From contig ML978132.1 of assembly GCA_010015805.1 (NCBI GenBank), positions 372,001-436,000 of the forward strand: 64,000 bases of DNA, in the 5' to 3' direction. Positions 13,323 through 25,607 of the stretch are shown in pieces. The position numbers and the translations under genes are program-made. The notes beneath the pieces are model-generated. The model ran no database searches. It was given only the letters and a program-made list of their open reading frames with translations, and was not told the origin of the DNA. The stretch is from Rhizodiscina lignyota (lineage: Eukaryota). Position 1 is the stretch's first letter; every line of letters begins with the position of its first letter.

Positions 13323-13469
13323 ATGTGCTTGCGAATCATCGAACAGTACGCCGTGTGCGGCTGCATCTACCACGTCCACGCCGTTGATGCGTGCGCAGCG
13401 TACGGCCAGCATCCGGTCGTCGATCGCGTCGTGCATGTCGGCTATGCATGCGCAAAGCACATGAAATGA
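13323..13469 (+). CDS. 48-aa Cys/His-patterned small protein (possible metal-binding microprotein)
   Basis: MCLRIIEQYAVCGCIYHVHAVDACAAYGQHPVVDRVVHVGYACAKHMK. Good start context (CAACATG), mostly C/G-ending codons, followed by 3'-UTR-like sequence. Confidence 0.65.
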   Translation: MCLRIIEQYAVCGCIYHVHAVDACAAYGQHPVVDRVVHVGYACAKHMK

Positions 13470-14627
13470 TCGGCCCGCCGGCACGGGCGATCACTGTGGC
13501 TGAAATCTGGGGAAGACGAGACAGTAACTCTGGTCATGTCTCAGACCGCAGAGACCGCTTGCGGAATACTAATCTCCGCCGCTGGCCGGCTCATCCACTC
13601 CTTACGTCTCACGCTCGATGCGGTTTGACCGGGAGTACCGACTCACCGGATCTCATCGATCGCCTAAACCGGGTCGAGCATCATCTTTACCGCGACGGTC
13701 AACTCGTTCCTGGATGAGCGTCCGCAAGCCGGGCTTGGGGGCGCGCAACTCATGCGAACATGTGTAACAAGACTACTTACCAGTCTTCCGGGGCTTGACG
13801 AATGGGAAAGGAGTATCGAGCGTGTTGGGTACGGACTGGGATAGAAGGCCTCGGGAATGGGAGCAGGAACTGGAGTTCTGGGCTTTCATTTGTCGGCACT
13901 GGATGCCAGGCACTGCACGCAGAGCTTTTGGGATTGTACGATCATTTTCTTTTCGGGCTTCTGTATTGCATACATTCATTTCCGTCCGTCTTAGCATTCG
14001 TATTTCATTTAATTCTCTTCTCTGCACTTGCAACCATTTTGATATTTCATTCGCCTTACTGGTACCACCCCTCGGTCACGTGTGAAATGCTCGAGACGGT
14101 TCTGGTCCCCGCATATTTTCAACCACTTCGACAATGGTAATGAGCTATGGCAGTAAAAGAGCATGAATCCTCAGAGTACTTTAACTTCTTTCTTACTTCT
14201 TTCAAATTTTCACGACAGCAATCCCTACCGACTATTGTGGTCTCACACTACGACACCATTATCAAACCCATCAAACAGCAATTAGTACTGGCGCTCAGCA
14301 CCGCCAAGCTTCTCAAATCACGGTTAAGCAATGGAATATCACAGCAATCAACATGTATACCGTTTCAAGTATAGTAAAGTTTAAGCGACCCTTAGAGCCC
14401 AGCGACAAGACTGCGGCAGCACATTCCGAGCCTTAAACATCTGGCACAGTCTCCATGGCATCATATATGCCTCCATCGCAGAAACGGATTCGGAGACCAT
14501 GGACTTGATACAAAATCTCGCATGTCCTGATTGGAACTACCAGGACAGCATTTCCTTCCGCCTACATCACCTCCGGTGAAGACGACACAGCACGAACCCA
14601 TTCTGCGGTCTTGCATTTCAGCTCTGC

Positions 14628-15869
14628 TCAATGCTCCAGACGTCTCCTCTGTTCGTCGGTCCTACCTTTGGCAGGGGTGATCCAGCTCTGCAGCTCCGCA
14701 TCACTCGCCTCCTTGACCGATGGATTGGCGGGCACGTTCACGTCAAGATCGACAAAGTACGGCCGGCGGTGGTTGGCAGCAAATTTCTTCGTACTGCTGC
14801 CCGTGTCGCCGGGATGGTACCCAGCAAACGTCGCCACCCAACCGTCGTTAGGACCGATCTGAGCGACAGTAGGCACGCCAGGCGCCAGAACTTGATCGCC
14901 CACGTAGTGCCAGCCGTCCTGCTTCTCGTCGGCCTGTAGGAGGTAGTAGACCTCCTGCGGCCCCTGGGACTTCCAGAGATGGTGCGGGTTATCCTTCATC
15001 ACCTTGCGGTAATGTTGGCCGTCAGCAGGTAGGAACGTGTCCGAGTAGGCGATGCCCAACTTGTACGACGAGTGGTCGTACGCGCCGACCGAGTAGGCCA
15101 TGAGGAATTTGTTCTTGATGGCGCGGATGTTGCCCGTCTCGATGAGCTTGAAGTGGTCGCTGTCAATGTAGTTCTCCGAGTTTAGACCCTCGCCGGGGAG
15201 CAGTAGGAAATGGGGCTTGCTGCCTGGCGTCTTGGTCGTAGGATTGTCCATTGGCCACGCGACCACGCCATCGCGTTTCGGGTGCTTGGAGTGTTGCTTC
15301 TGGTACACGAGGTAGAGTTGTCCGGCCGGCGTCCGGAAGTACTTGCCGTCGTAGTTGGCATCGACGTCTTCCGAGAAGGATCCAACCAGGACCTTGTCTC
15401 CGACCCAGGACGTGGGAGGCAAGTCGACGGCGGATGCGTTCTCAGGGTGTGCGTGTACAATGACGCTCCAGCCCGAGATGTGCTTACATGTAGTAGTGTT
15501 CTGCACATGCAGCGTTACCACCGCATCCCACGATCGTTTCCCATCTGATACGGTCTGAAACGGGTGAATCCCAGCGGTACCACAGATGGTTGCGCCAGAA
15601 TGGTTCACCGCTTGCTTTATGGCCTGATCGTTATGATATTTGATAGGGAAAGAAGAGGCGCATCCCGGCTGCAGGGAGGTACCGCACTCCAGGTACTGGT
15701 GTGTGGTGCCTGAGATGTAGATGCCCTGATTGTTCTGATAAGGGACGTGGTACGGATCCGAGAAATACTTCGCCTTGTTGGAGTTCGTTATGGGGTGGAT
15801 GGGTATATTGGCCTGGGCATGCGCCCAAAGGGCAAAAATTGTAAGAGTAGTGAGCAAAGTAAATATCAT
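14628..15869 (-). CDS. Secreted GH43-like (five-bladed beta-propeller) glycoside hydrolase
   Basis: Signal peptide MIFTLLTTLTIFALWAHAQA. YFSDPY, NYDG, LIETGNI, AYSVGAYD..YKLGIAYSD and VLAPG resemble GH43 blades. Intronless. Confidence 0.6.
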   Translation of the reverse strand: MIFTLLTTLTIFALWAHAQANIPIHPITNSNKAKYFSDPYHVPYQNNQGIYISGTTHQYLECGTSLQPGCASSFPIKYHNDQAIKQAVNHSGATICGTAGIHPFQTVSDGKRSWDAVVTLHVQNTTTCKHISGWSVIVHAHPENASAVDLPPTSWVGDKVLVGSFSEDVDANYDGKYFRTPAGQLYLVYQKQHSKHPKRDGVVAWPMDNPTTKTPGSKPHFLLLPGEGLNSENYIDSDHFKLIETGNIRAIKNKFLMAYSVGAYDHSSYKLGIAYSDTFLPADGQHYRKVMKDNPHHLWKSQGPQEVYYLLQADEKQDGWHYVGDQVLAPGVPTVAQIGPNDGWVATFAGYHPGDTGSSTKKFAANHRRPYFVDLDVNVPANPSVKEASDAELQSWITPAKGRTDEQRRRLEH

Positions 15870-16832
15870 TTTGGAGTAGAATATGAGGTTTGGGAGAAAG
15901 GGAGTCCCCAAGACGCAGGACTTTTATAACTACTCGTTGGCACATCGAGGCCCCTCATCGCAACTGGAGCAGCGTGAAGGCCTCAAGAGCTGAGGATATG
16001 TATAGCTCGGCCAATCCTGCGAAGAACTGAGAACACAGGCAGCCGAGATTTGCAGCATGGCTTGAAGATCAAAATGAAGCGGTTGGACGTATGTAGCACA
16101 TCGAAATCTTGGCCTCGTAAGGCATAAGCATCGGTCGGATAGAGGCCGGGTTTCTGACGGATCCGAACAAAGTTGCAATGACCGTGATTATCGCGCTCTT
16201 TCGCTGAAGCTGGTTAGGGGCCCTGGCTTAGCGCACATACATACAAACCTCTATATATATAGTTGTGAAGTGAGTGCACAGTTTACATCAGAACCCCAGC
16301 GATGGCTTTTAACCCCTACTAGCTTCAGCTAAAGAGAGAGATGATCACGGGTATGCTTAGCTATATTTCCCTGCATTGCACTTGATATTACAGGCTACAT
16401 CTGGTTTTTGCACTTCATCCATTGTCAGACCGCTACATTTCAGCGTAGAAGATCTTTCGCTTCCATGGAGCCTTTTTCCCGGGTCTGTCTTTGAGAAAGC
16501 GTCGTTCTATACTTGTCTGAGGCTGTATTAATGAACCAAGTTGGGACATGGGTGTGGTTATTTTGTCCGCAACAATAGCGAGACAAATTGGGGACATGCA
16601 AACTTCCATATCTGATGGGTGTCAACACAACCCAAGAGTCACAATGCAGCCACATGATGTCTGCGCAAACACCATTCCAGCACCACGAGTGTCAATGCAT
16701 CTCGTACACCAGTTCCGCAAACAAAATGCGGCAGATATTTAAGCTCCAGAGATTGCTGAAGCCCATCCCTCACCAGCTGAACTCTCGATCCATCAACAAT
16801 ACTAACGCAACGCCTGGGAAGATATCAAGACC

Positions 16833-17357
16833 ATGTCGAACGCCAAGCGAAAGAGTAATTCACAAACAAAGAAGCCCTCGAATTACCAACGGCAGCCAGG
16901 AGACGTAAGATCCCAAGCGGGGAATGCAAACTCTCAGTCGTCGGCGCAACCGAAAAGCCGGAGCCAGGAGAGGAATTCGTCGAACGAGACTCAATCCGTT
17001 GGCAGTTCTCAGAGGGACCTGAGACAAGAACTCCAAGTCGACGCTGACTCCAACTCTATCACAGTGCCGCCGAGCGCGTTCAGCTACGGCCACGGCCCCA
17101 CCGACGCCGATCACAGCCAACCGTCGGCACTGGAAGGACCCTCTCAGAAAGAGTACAAGCAGCGGCAAAGCCAGATATACCTATTCAACAGAGTACGAGA
17201 ACAGATGCCACTCGGGGAACCCGAAGTGAATGTGAGAACGCTAAGTCGAATAATCGGGATCGAGTGGAGGGATCCTGCCGTGAGTAATGCGGAGATGAGG
17301 ATAAATCTGGGAGAACTAAAAAACAGGACTGAGGACTGGCTGGCTAAAGACGGCTAG
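16833..17357 (+). CDS. Hypothetical 174-aa protein
   Basis: ATG in good context (ACCATG), Ser/Gln-rich N-terminal half. No domain recognised. Confidence 0.4.
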   Translation: MSNAKRKSNSQTKKPSNYQRQPGDVRSQAGNANSQSSAQPKSRSQERNSSNETQSVGSSQRDLRQELQVDADSNSITVPPSAFSYGHGPTDADHSQPSALEGPSQKEYKQRQSQIYLFNRVREQMPLGEPEVNVRTLSRIIGIEWRDPAVSNAEMRINLGELKNRTEDWLAKDG

Positions 17358-17721
17358 AATCCGTATGAGATGAGTGAACATGGCGAACTAGTGACGCAGA
17401 TCGAGGAATGTATCTCCGCTTAGACGAGGAGTATATGTCCGCCTTAGAGGCGGAATGGAATATGGTGGATAAAGTAGGGGCAAACGAATCGGGAAAAGAT
17501 GGTGAAACTACAAAATCACTAAAGTCTACAAGGTAACCGCCCAAAACCTCTATGTAATGAAAGCCTTAGCATCCAAAAACAAAGCTCTTAACCCCAGACT
17601 CTATTATCACCGCCTGAAACACCGCCCATGCATTTCCCATTGCCATTGCCAATACAAAACAAAGAGAAAAAGGACCAGCAAAAAGAATTACATGCAAGGT
17701 ATAGAACTCAACTCCGCCAAA

Positions 17722-19734
17722 TCAGATCAGCTTCTTCCTCCTCGCGATGCACATGCAGCAAATGACAAAGAAAGCAATCATGCCCAAGATGCCAAACCAC
17801 CAGCCCAAGCCATCGACACCACCGCCCGGCACGTTGACGTTCATGCCAAACAGACCAGTCACCAGGTTCAGCGGCACCAGGATTGTGGCGACCAAGGTGA
17901 CCTTGCCAAGCGTGTCCTGCACCTTGTTGCCCTGGCTGATGCTATCGACCTGGATCTGCGCGAGGTAATTGCTGTGGCTGCGGCTCAGCATCTTCTCGAA
18001 GTGAGACAAATTGCCGATCATGGTCACCACGTGGTCCTGAATGTCGCTAAGGTACATGCCGACGTCGCCGTGAGGCGCGATGGAGTAGTTCTCGTTGCAG
18101 CGCTTCGCGAAGCCCTTGATGACATCCGCCTTGCCACCGAGGAGGCGTAGGAGCGACATCACACGCTTGCGCGATTCACCAATGGCACGCAGGATGGCGC
18201 GGGAATCAGCCGCGCGGGCGGTGAAAACGTCGTCTTCGATGCTCTCGGTTTGCAGTTCGATATCGTGGATGACGGGTGCGAAGGAGTCGACAATGTCGTC
18301 ACTGAGTGAGAAGTGAGTAACTGATCGTATATTGAAGATAGGATGAAGAGGCACTTACATCAACGCGTAGCAAATCCAGTCGGAGCTTAGCTGCATGTAG
18401 TCCCTAAGACGACCGATTCTCTTGCGCACGTTCATGGCGTGAGGATTCGCGTTGTACGTGAAGGTGAGGAGGCCTTCTCGGAATACGACCACGTAGACGT
18501 TGACCGGCTCGAGGTAGTTCTCATCATGCTTGTCCGTCTGGTAGAAGCTGCGGAAACAGACGAAGTAGTAAGTCCTGAACAACTCAACCTTCTCGCGAGT
18601 CTCTTGGGTGGTGATATCCTCGCGCGTCAAAGGGTGAATGCCGAATGCCTTGCACATGACTGTCACTTCTTCTTCAGAGGGATTGAGCATGTCAAGCCAC
18701 CATACGCCACCCTCCACAGAGCGTTGGAAGAGGTCTCGTGAAGTTTCACCATCAGCGAGGAGGCCATGGAATGTTGGTGAGTAGACGGTGTCATCCATGT
18801 CCGAGGAAAAGAAAGCCCAGAACGGCTTAGCCAGTGGCGGTTCGTTGGGGGCACTGATTGTGTTTGTCTCTTCCTGAGCCTGCGGAGTCTCTTCTGACTG
18901 TTCTTCCTCCTGCTTCTCCTCGTCGAGGTCAACTTCGATTGGTCGAGCGTCTGGTGAAGGAGCGGTGGTGAGGATCTTTGGTGCGCCATTCATCACCGGG
19001 CTCCTCAGGAGCCTAGATGCTTCGGCCTCAGCACGCTGCTCAGCAACGAACTCATCAAGTTCTTCGAAATCAATGGGACCAGCCTTGCCCTGTTCTTCCT
19101 CTTGCGGATAACATACATCTTCCTCGGCCGAGCTGTGGCGCGAAGACGCAACAGAACGGGTGACGCTTCGGTTGTCACTGAACGTCGGACGACGTCGGTG
19201 TGTACCTCCAGACTGTGTCCGGTACAAAGGAAGGTCAGTATCGGAGGGCACCTGACTCCGAAGTGTGCCTGACCGATCTCTCCGGCGAGATTCGGCAAAT
19301 GCCTCGACAGAGTTTGGCGGGGAAATTGAACGAGAAGACATCGAAGAAGTCCTCGACTTGGATGGTCCACTGGCCACATGCTCTGGGGCGCGTCGAAATG
19401 TGCTGCGCCGACCCACAACCGAGCCACGGCGGCCCTCTGAAGTGCTCTTCTGAGACATGACGCTCTTTCCATCATCTGCAATTGCATGTTCTGGAAAGTC
19501 GCGAACGGTAATGCCGTTCCACTGGATTGCCTGGGTCTCGCTAGCACTATACAAAAGGTCTGGTCGCTCAGCGTTGCTGCCGATTGTGCCTCGACGCATG
19601 GGAGAGCGATTGTGCGACTCCATCGTGTTGGTTCGTGGCATTGACGATGGCTGGAATCGATGATCGTCCAAATCGACAATTGCAGTTGGGCTCAGGCCTT
19701 CTTCGAAGAGTTCAGACCGTGGAGAGTCGCCCAT
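17722..19734 (-). CDS. CorA-family Mg2+ transporter (Alr1/Mnr2-like)
   Basis: WWLD, FGIHPLTREDI, REKVELF and GLFGMNV (GMN signature), two C-terminal TM helices. Intron 18302-18358. Start is uncertain because another intron lies at ~19754-19845. Confidence 0.92.
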
Positions 19735-20807
19735 CTTGATGGTATTTCTTGACCTGTACAAAGGTACCTATGAGACGTAAATGCTATTTGATGCCAGCTT
19801 GATAGCGGTCGTTGAAACCCAAGTGAGCCGCTTACGAGCGCTCACCGCGTAGAGGTGTTCAACTTGTCGGTAGGCTTCGCGTAGGGAACCGCCCTACACT
19901 CAGCCCAGTGTTTATTGTTCACGGAGAGTTATCCTCCGCTTCGCGATCACCCCTCAGAAAGGCTTTGATGGTGTTCAATGTGGCAGAAATTTCGTTTGGT
20001 GTCGTCCGAAGTCCAGTTATGGAGGTCGAGTGCTGTCGCCTCCGTGTACCCTGGCCTTTGGGCCGAGAAGGGGGAGGATGAAGGAGAACTTGAGAAGGAT
20101 GATGCCCGCCAACTTGGTGGTTGTGTCGGTATAGACGCCAAAGCGTCGGGGAAAGCTAGTTTAGGTAGGTGAAAGTGTGGTGAGGGCGCGAATTCGATCG
20201 GCAGACTCCTTTGTCGTCAGTCTGTCAGATTTCGGGTGTTGCGCCTGATGTTTGGCGGGAAACGATGAACTCAATCGGCTCGATCGCAGAGATTTTCAGC
20301 GTGGGAATTTTTTTCAAAGGGAAGACTTCAGAAAGTGTTGACTGGTGTTGTAGAGGACCAAGGCCCGGGTAGACAGTGTTGTGTCTGTGGAAGGAAAGGA
20401 GAGTGGAAGGAAGGCGAAAAGCAAAGGAGGCGAAGAAAGGTTTTGCATCTGGGGGCTTACCGCCCGGCAGTCCAAGCTGGTCTGGCTTGCTGAAAATGCC
20501 GCAAGACAAATACTGACTCAGACAACCAATAGGTGCGCGATTTTAGTGGCGGCTTGAAGGATTTATTATTCAATTGCATACTCTATTTGGATGGAGGAGG
20601 TGATACTGCGATGGCAGCGCTGATTCGGCGATGGATTGTGTGAGATGAGATGCCTTCCAAGTGATGCGCGCAGTGGGTGACGCACGTCGCCGTAAGAATA
20701 GCCCGCCTCGTATTGGTCGGACAGGCGCGCGCCTACTGCCCGCCGAGCGTTCGAGCCACTTGTTCAGCCTCGAAAGCTTAGCGACTGCTTCTAGACACAT
20801 CGTCGAC

Positions 20808-21228
20808 ATGGCAGAGGAACTACTAGAGAAAGCGCGAGACTATTTCGAAGGCCAGATTGTTCGTCTCCACCATAGCGTCTGTCTGATCAAAAGCTAACTA
20901 TACAAACTAGGACTTCGAAGGCCAGCGACTGGCCGAGAATCTGAATGTCGGCATACTAGTTGCAATTGGAGTATGCAATTATATGAGAAGCTCGCAATAG
21001 CCTTGGACAAAGTGTTAACAGCATCTGCAGGCCATCTCTTTCCTGGCCGGCTACATTACACAGGACATTGCCCTCACCCTATGGATCGGTCTCGCAGGCA
21101 CCGCTCTCACCTTCCTCGTCGTCGTTCCGCCATGGCCATTCTTCAATAGAAACGCAGTGCAGTGGTTACCAGCACGGTCTGGTGGAGCAGGGATCACAGT
21201 TGAGGTTGACGGGAAGAAAGTTTCATAA
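20808..21228 (+). CDS. SPC1: Signal peptidase complex subunit 1 (SPC12)
   Basis: Three exons give MAEELLEKARDYFEGQI|DFEGQRLAE..|..VVVPPWPFFNRNAVQWLP, containing the IDFEGQ and PPWPF motifs. Confidence 0.92.
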
Positions 21229-21644
21229 ATATGACGTGTCATTGCTTGGAGTCAAGGCGTCTGAAGAAATTCTGGGTGACATCATATGGAAGGCACATGG
21301 TTAATAGGAAAAGGATTTCGCATTTGCAAATGCTATGCATTGTACCGATGAGCAATACTATCAGCGAGGCTTCGCTCTGAATGCTTCCACTCCTAATGAC
21401 GCTATCATTCCAGTTCTTTTCCGTCCATAACGCCTCCCGATGCTCTGCCAGGGCTATCAACAAGGCCGAACTCAGTATGTATTAATATTGCAGTAAGGGT
21501 TACCGCGACCACATCTCAGCTCGGTCCCTTTGGCCCCAACCACAGCTCTGGCTCTGGCTGTGGCATTGTAACTGGCTTTCGAGCCCTTTCTATCATTGTC
21601 CAGCGTCAGCCACAAGCCAGATGAAAGACATGCCACAGAAACTC

Positions 21645-22110
<466 letters not shown>

Positions 22111-22749
22111 GGTGTTCGTATGAGATATTCGCTTTGTAATGAAGATGCCGAGGGGCAAGTCTCAGGATGGGGTGTGAGGGGTTAGGTAGTCCTTGGTGGG
22201 GTGTGGTTGCCTTGGGAGCGGTAGGTGGGGAAGGAGTAAGAGAGCGAGAAGGAAGCTTCAAAGCTTAAGCCACAGTTTGGGGATCACAGAGCGACACCTT
22301 TCACTAGTGTTGGTGCTGGGGATGTGATGCGTGACTGATGGCGAGGGCAAATTTAAAGCGTGAGCTCGTGCTGCATCGCCATTTGACGTGAATGGAGATG
22401 CGTAGTCAGCACACATCCCTGCGGAGACCCCGGCTCGGCCCTGCCAAGCCACGGCCGCGCGCCAAGGTACTCAGGCTAAGTCACCGCAGTCGCCCGAGCT
22501 GGCTGTCCCTCCTTCCATCACACCTCACTCATCACTCCGCGAAGACAGATTCCGATCATGCTCACGTCGACATCTGTCTCTCACTCTAATTGCTCTCCCT
22601 CACTCTCTAATATTCACATTCAAACTTTAAAGCAGCGTCGATCCCACTCAATCGCATTGTCCGCAAGCCCGAGTCCGAAACCGCGAAGGCCTCCTCTTCC
22701 ACCGTAGCACTGCGCCTCATCCACCTGGTCGCCATACAGCTCAGCCAAT

Positions 22750-24270
22750 ATGGAAGTAAACAGTCCTTCAGCGAAACCACAGCGTACGAAACATCAGCAC
22801 TCGAAGAGTGCGGCGAACGCTACACCTATGAAGGCCAACAACAACAACAAAGAGCAGCTTGCGGGTAATTTGTCCTCAAATCGACGACCAGGTAATAACC
22901 GGAATCGTCGCAATCCGCAGCAAGGCCAGCAAAACCAGCAAGTGCCGGCATGGGACAGCGCTACGGTCACAAACCCTACTGATGGCTACTTCGACGTGAA
23001 CGGCAACTTTGTAATGTCCCAGCCAGGTCAAGCTTGGGATTCAGCTGAAGACTCACCCCGGCAGAACAAGGCGAACAGAAAGACACCGCGGAAGGCAAAG
23101 AATCAACGGCCGAATAATAACGATGGATATGTAAGCCAAGGCAGATCTGATGTCGATCGGCAGAACCAAAATCGAAGGCGCAATTCTCCTGGAGCGGTTA
23201 ATCCCGCAAATTATGCATATGCCGGTCCAACATTCGTAAACTCTCCAGCTGGATCAGCTTTCCCAAAGCCTACTGCGTTCTCAAAATCACTTCCACAATT
23301 GCCTTCAGAAGAGCCTAACGGCAGCATGCAAGCTCGACTAGACCAAGAACCAAATGGCCAAGACCAAAGTCCAGACAACGACATCTCTCCGCTAGCATCC
23401 AATGCCAATTCGATACCACCGCTACCACACCGAGAAGAATCCCCCTTGGACTTCTTCTTTAAAGCAGACAGAGCAGAAAAGGCGAGACTAGCATCAACCT
23501 CGAACGGTCCGACAACTCCGAATGGAAAGCTCGCTCATCTTCCAGTTCAATCAGAACCTCCTCGCGCCAACAATTGGTCTGAGATTTATGGTAATGGCTT
23601 TCGGCATCACTCCCGCACCGGGTCCTACGACTCTCAGCGAGGAATATTTGCACTTGAATTGGATGGTACAAGCGTCCAGCCCAACCAAACAGATATGAGT
23701 CCACCTCGAGACTTGCCCAGGCCCAGCGTGCAACCTCAAGATAGCCAGAAATCGCTTCGCGACTTTCTCCACTCGACTGCAAGTGGAGGTCCATCATCAC
23801 CTCAGTCATTACCGCCAATCAACCGTAATCCTTCAGGCTATTCTTCCGACAGCCAGAACACTTCTCCATTCTTACGACCTCACCCGGCGCAAATCCGCAG
23901 CTCCTCTGGACCCAGCACACCCGTCTCATACCCTCAACAACACAACCCCAATAACCCACTCCACTACGGCAACCGCAATCTCTCACCTCTCTTTAAAGCC
24001 GCCGGGAACGACCGCCCTCTCCCGCGCTCATCTAGCAGTCTAAGACGTGAAGTCACCTCATCGCCCACCTCAGACTCAGTGGAGCTACCGGCTTTTTCCA
24101 CTCCGCCCACACAACCACCCTCGTCGGTCGGCAGGAGCAAGAGCTACGGACACGCGCACACGACACAGCAGAATACGACCGTGGACGTCAAATCCATGGA
24201 AGATGATTTACGACGCATGCTTAAGATCACGGCATTTGGCGGCGGCGCAGGCGCAGGCACGGCTTTGTAG
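22750..24270 (+). CDS. Disordered protein with PNRC/Edc1-type YAGxxF motif (putative decapping activator)
   Basis: 506-aa N/Q/S/P-rich ORF with YAGPTFVNSPAGSAFPKP, SPLDFFFKAD and C-terminal MEDDLRRMLKI. Confidence 0.7.
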   Translation: MEVNSPSAKPQRTKHQHSKSAANATPMKANNNNKEQLAGNLSSNRRPGNNRNRRNPQQGQQNQQVPAWDSATVTNPTDGYFDVNGNFVMSQPGQAWDSAEDSPRQNKANRKTPRKAKNQRPNNNDGYVSQGRSDVDRQNQNRRRNSPGAVNPANYAYAGPTFVNSPAGSAFPKPTAFSKSLPQLPSEEPNGSMQARLDQEPNGQDQSPDNDISPLASNANSIPPLPHREESPLDFFFKADRAEKARLASTSNGPTTPNGKLAHLPVQSEPPRANNWSEIYGNGFRHHSRTGSYDSQRGIFALELDGTSVQPNQTDMSPPRDLPRPSVQPQDSQKSLRDFLHSTASGGPSSPQSLPPINRNPSGYSSDSQNTSPFLRPHPAQIRSSSGPSTPVSYPQQHNPNNPLHYGNRNLSPLFKAAGNDRPLPRSSSSLRREVTSSPTSDSVELPAFSTPPTQPPSSVGRSKSYGHAHTTQQNTTVDVKSMEDDLRRMLKITAFGGGAGAGTAL

Positions 24271-24884
24271 AGCATCGTTGGCGCGTTAAGAATTTTTCAT
24301 GTGTACGTTTTCTCTTTTTGCAGCGGATTTTGGAATAGGATGGGAAACATATCTATGGGCTGTTATTTATCTCTAGCTTCACCTTTTTGGGACTTTGGTC
24401 GAGATACCCCGGGATATGTGCTCTCTGCTTTTTTGGGTCTTCCTGTCCATACTTATGCTACTCTCTTCGGAGTATGCATCCAAGTATTTTATGAAGTAGA
24501 AAGAGCGGGAGTAGTGGAGAGCGGAGCTGAGATGGGCCGCTGAACGGTGGAAGTGGACACAAAAAAAGGAAAAAAACAAAAACAAAATTGGCCTGGGTTC
24601 GAGGGCCTTTTTTGGAAGACATAACTTAGCTATGACAATAAATCTAAGCTATGATCTCCCAACTTCTATGTCCGAGTGAGTTCGTTGTGAAAACACATTC
24701 CCCGACGGCAATATTTGGCTGGGGTTGAGCTTCGAGTCATTACCATGGCCTGGAGGGTAGACCAAAGACACACCACAGTGCGATGTAGATTGGGGATAAT
24801 AACAAGGATGACATTGAATGAAAGAGCCCGGTGCATTGAACAACTGTAGAGCGCTGACTTGAGTGTAATCGCAGAGCAGGGCGG

Positions 24885-25400
24885 GTATGGGTGTAACGCA
24901 GTAAGGTAAGCAAATCTCCCTCTTCAAGCCAATCGAGAGCATCTCCGGAGGGTTGACTTTCTATGCCTTGGAGTGTGTTTGACCTTGTCGCGCGGCTTTG
25001 CATAGAAATTCTTCAATACTGACTCGAGAGTAGTAGTCCTTAATTACAAGTATGGTTGCAACGCAGCAGGGTAGACATATCTCCCTCGTCGAGTCAAGGG
25101 AGAGCATCTCTGGAGGTTTGACTGTCTATGCTTCGGAATGTATTTGACTTAGTCGCGCGGCTTTGCATGGAAGTTCTTCAATGCTAACCCGAGAGTAGCA
25201 GTCCTTAATTGTAAGTATGGCCGCGACGAACAGTGTAATTGAGTTTTTCTCTTTAAGACAATCGAGAACATCTCTAAAGGTTTGATTGTGTACACTTCGG
25301 AGTGTATTTGACTTGGCTTCTCGGCTTTACACAGGAACTGTTAAAGGCTAACTCGATGGTAGTATTCATTGATCGCAAGCGTAGTCGCAACGCAGCAGCG
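24885..25400. repeat. Degenerate ~165-bp tandem repeat, about 3 copies
   Basis: Unit starts at 24885, 25050, 25215 and 25379. Recurring blocks GAGAGCATCTC, GTCGCGCGGCTTTGCAT and GAGAGTAG..GTCCTTAATT. Confidence 0.85.
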
Positions 25401-25607
25401 TCGTAGTCCACATCTATCGTAGTGCGCACGGCTGACCTGTAAACCAGGAGGTCTGCACCGATAATGTTAAGGAATATATATACACTATTCGAATCTAACC
25501 ATGAGCATGCAACTTGACTCTTCGTAAATACATGAAACATTAGATTACTCATTAATATCATTCTCAGCCAGAAGGGTATAAGAATCTCATTGCTGCTCGT
25601 CAGAACA

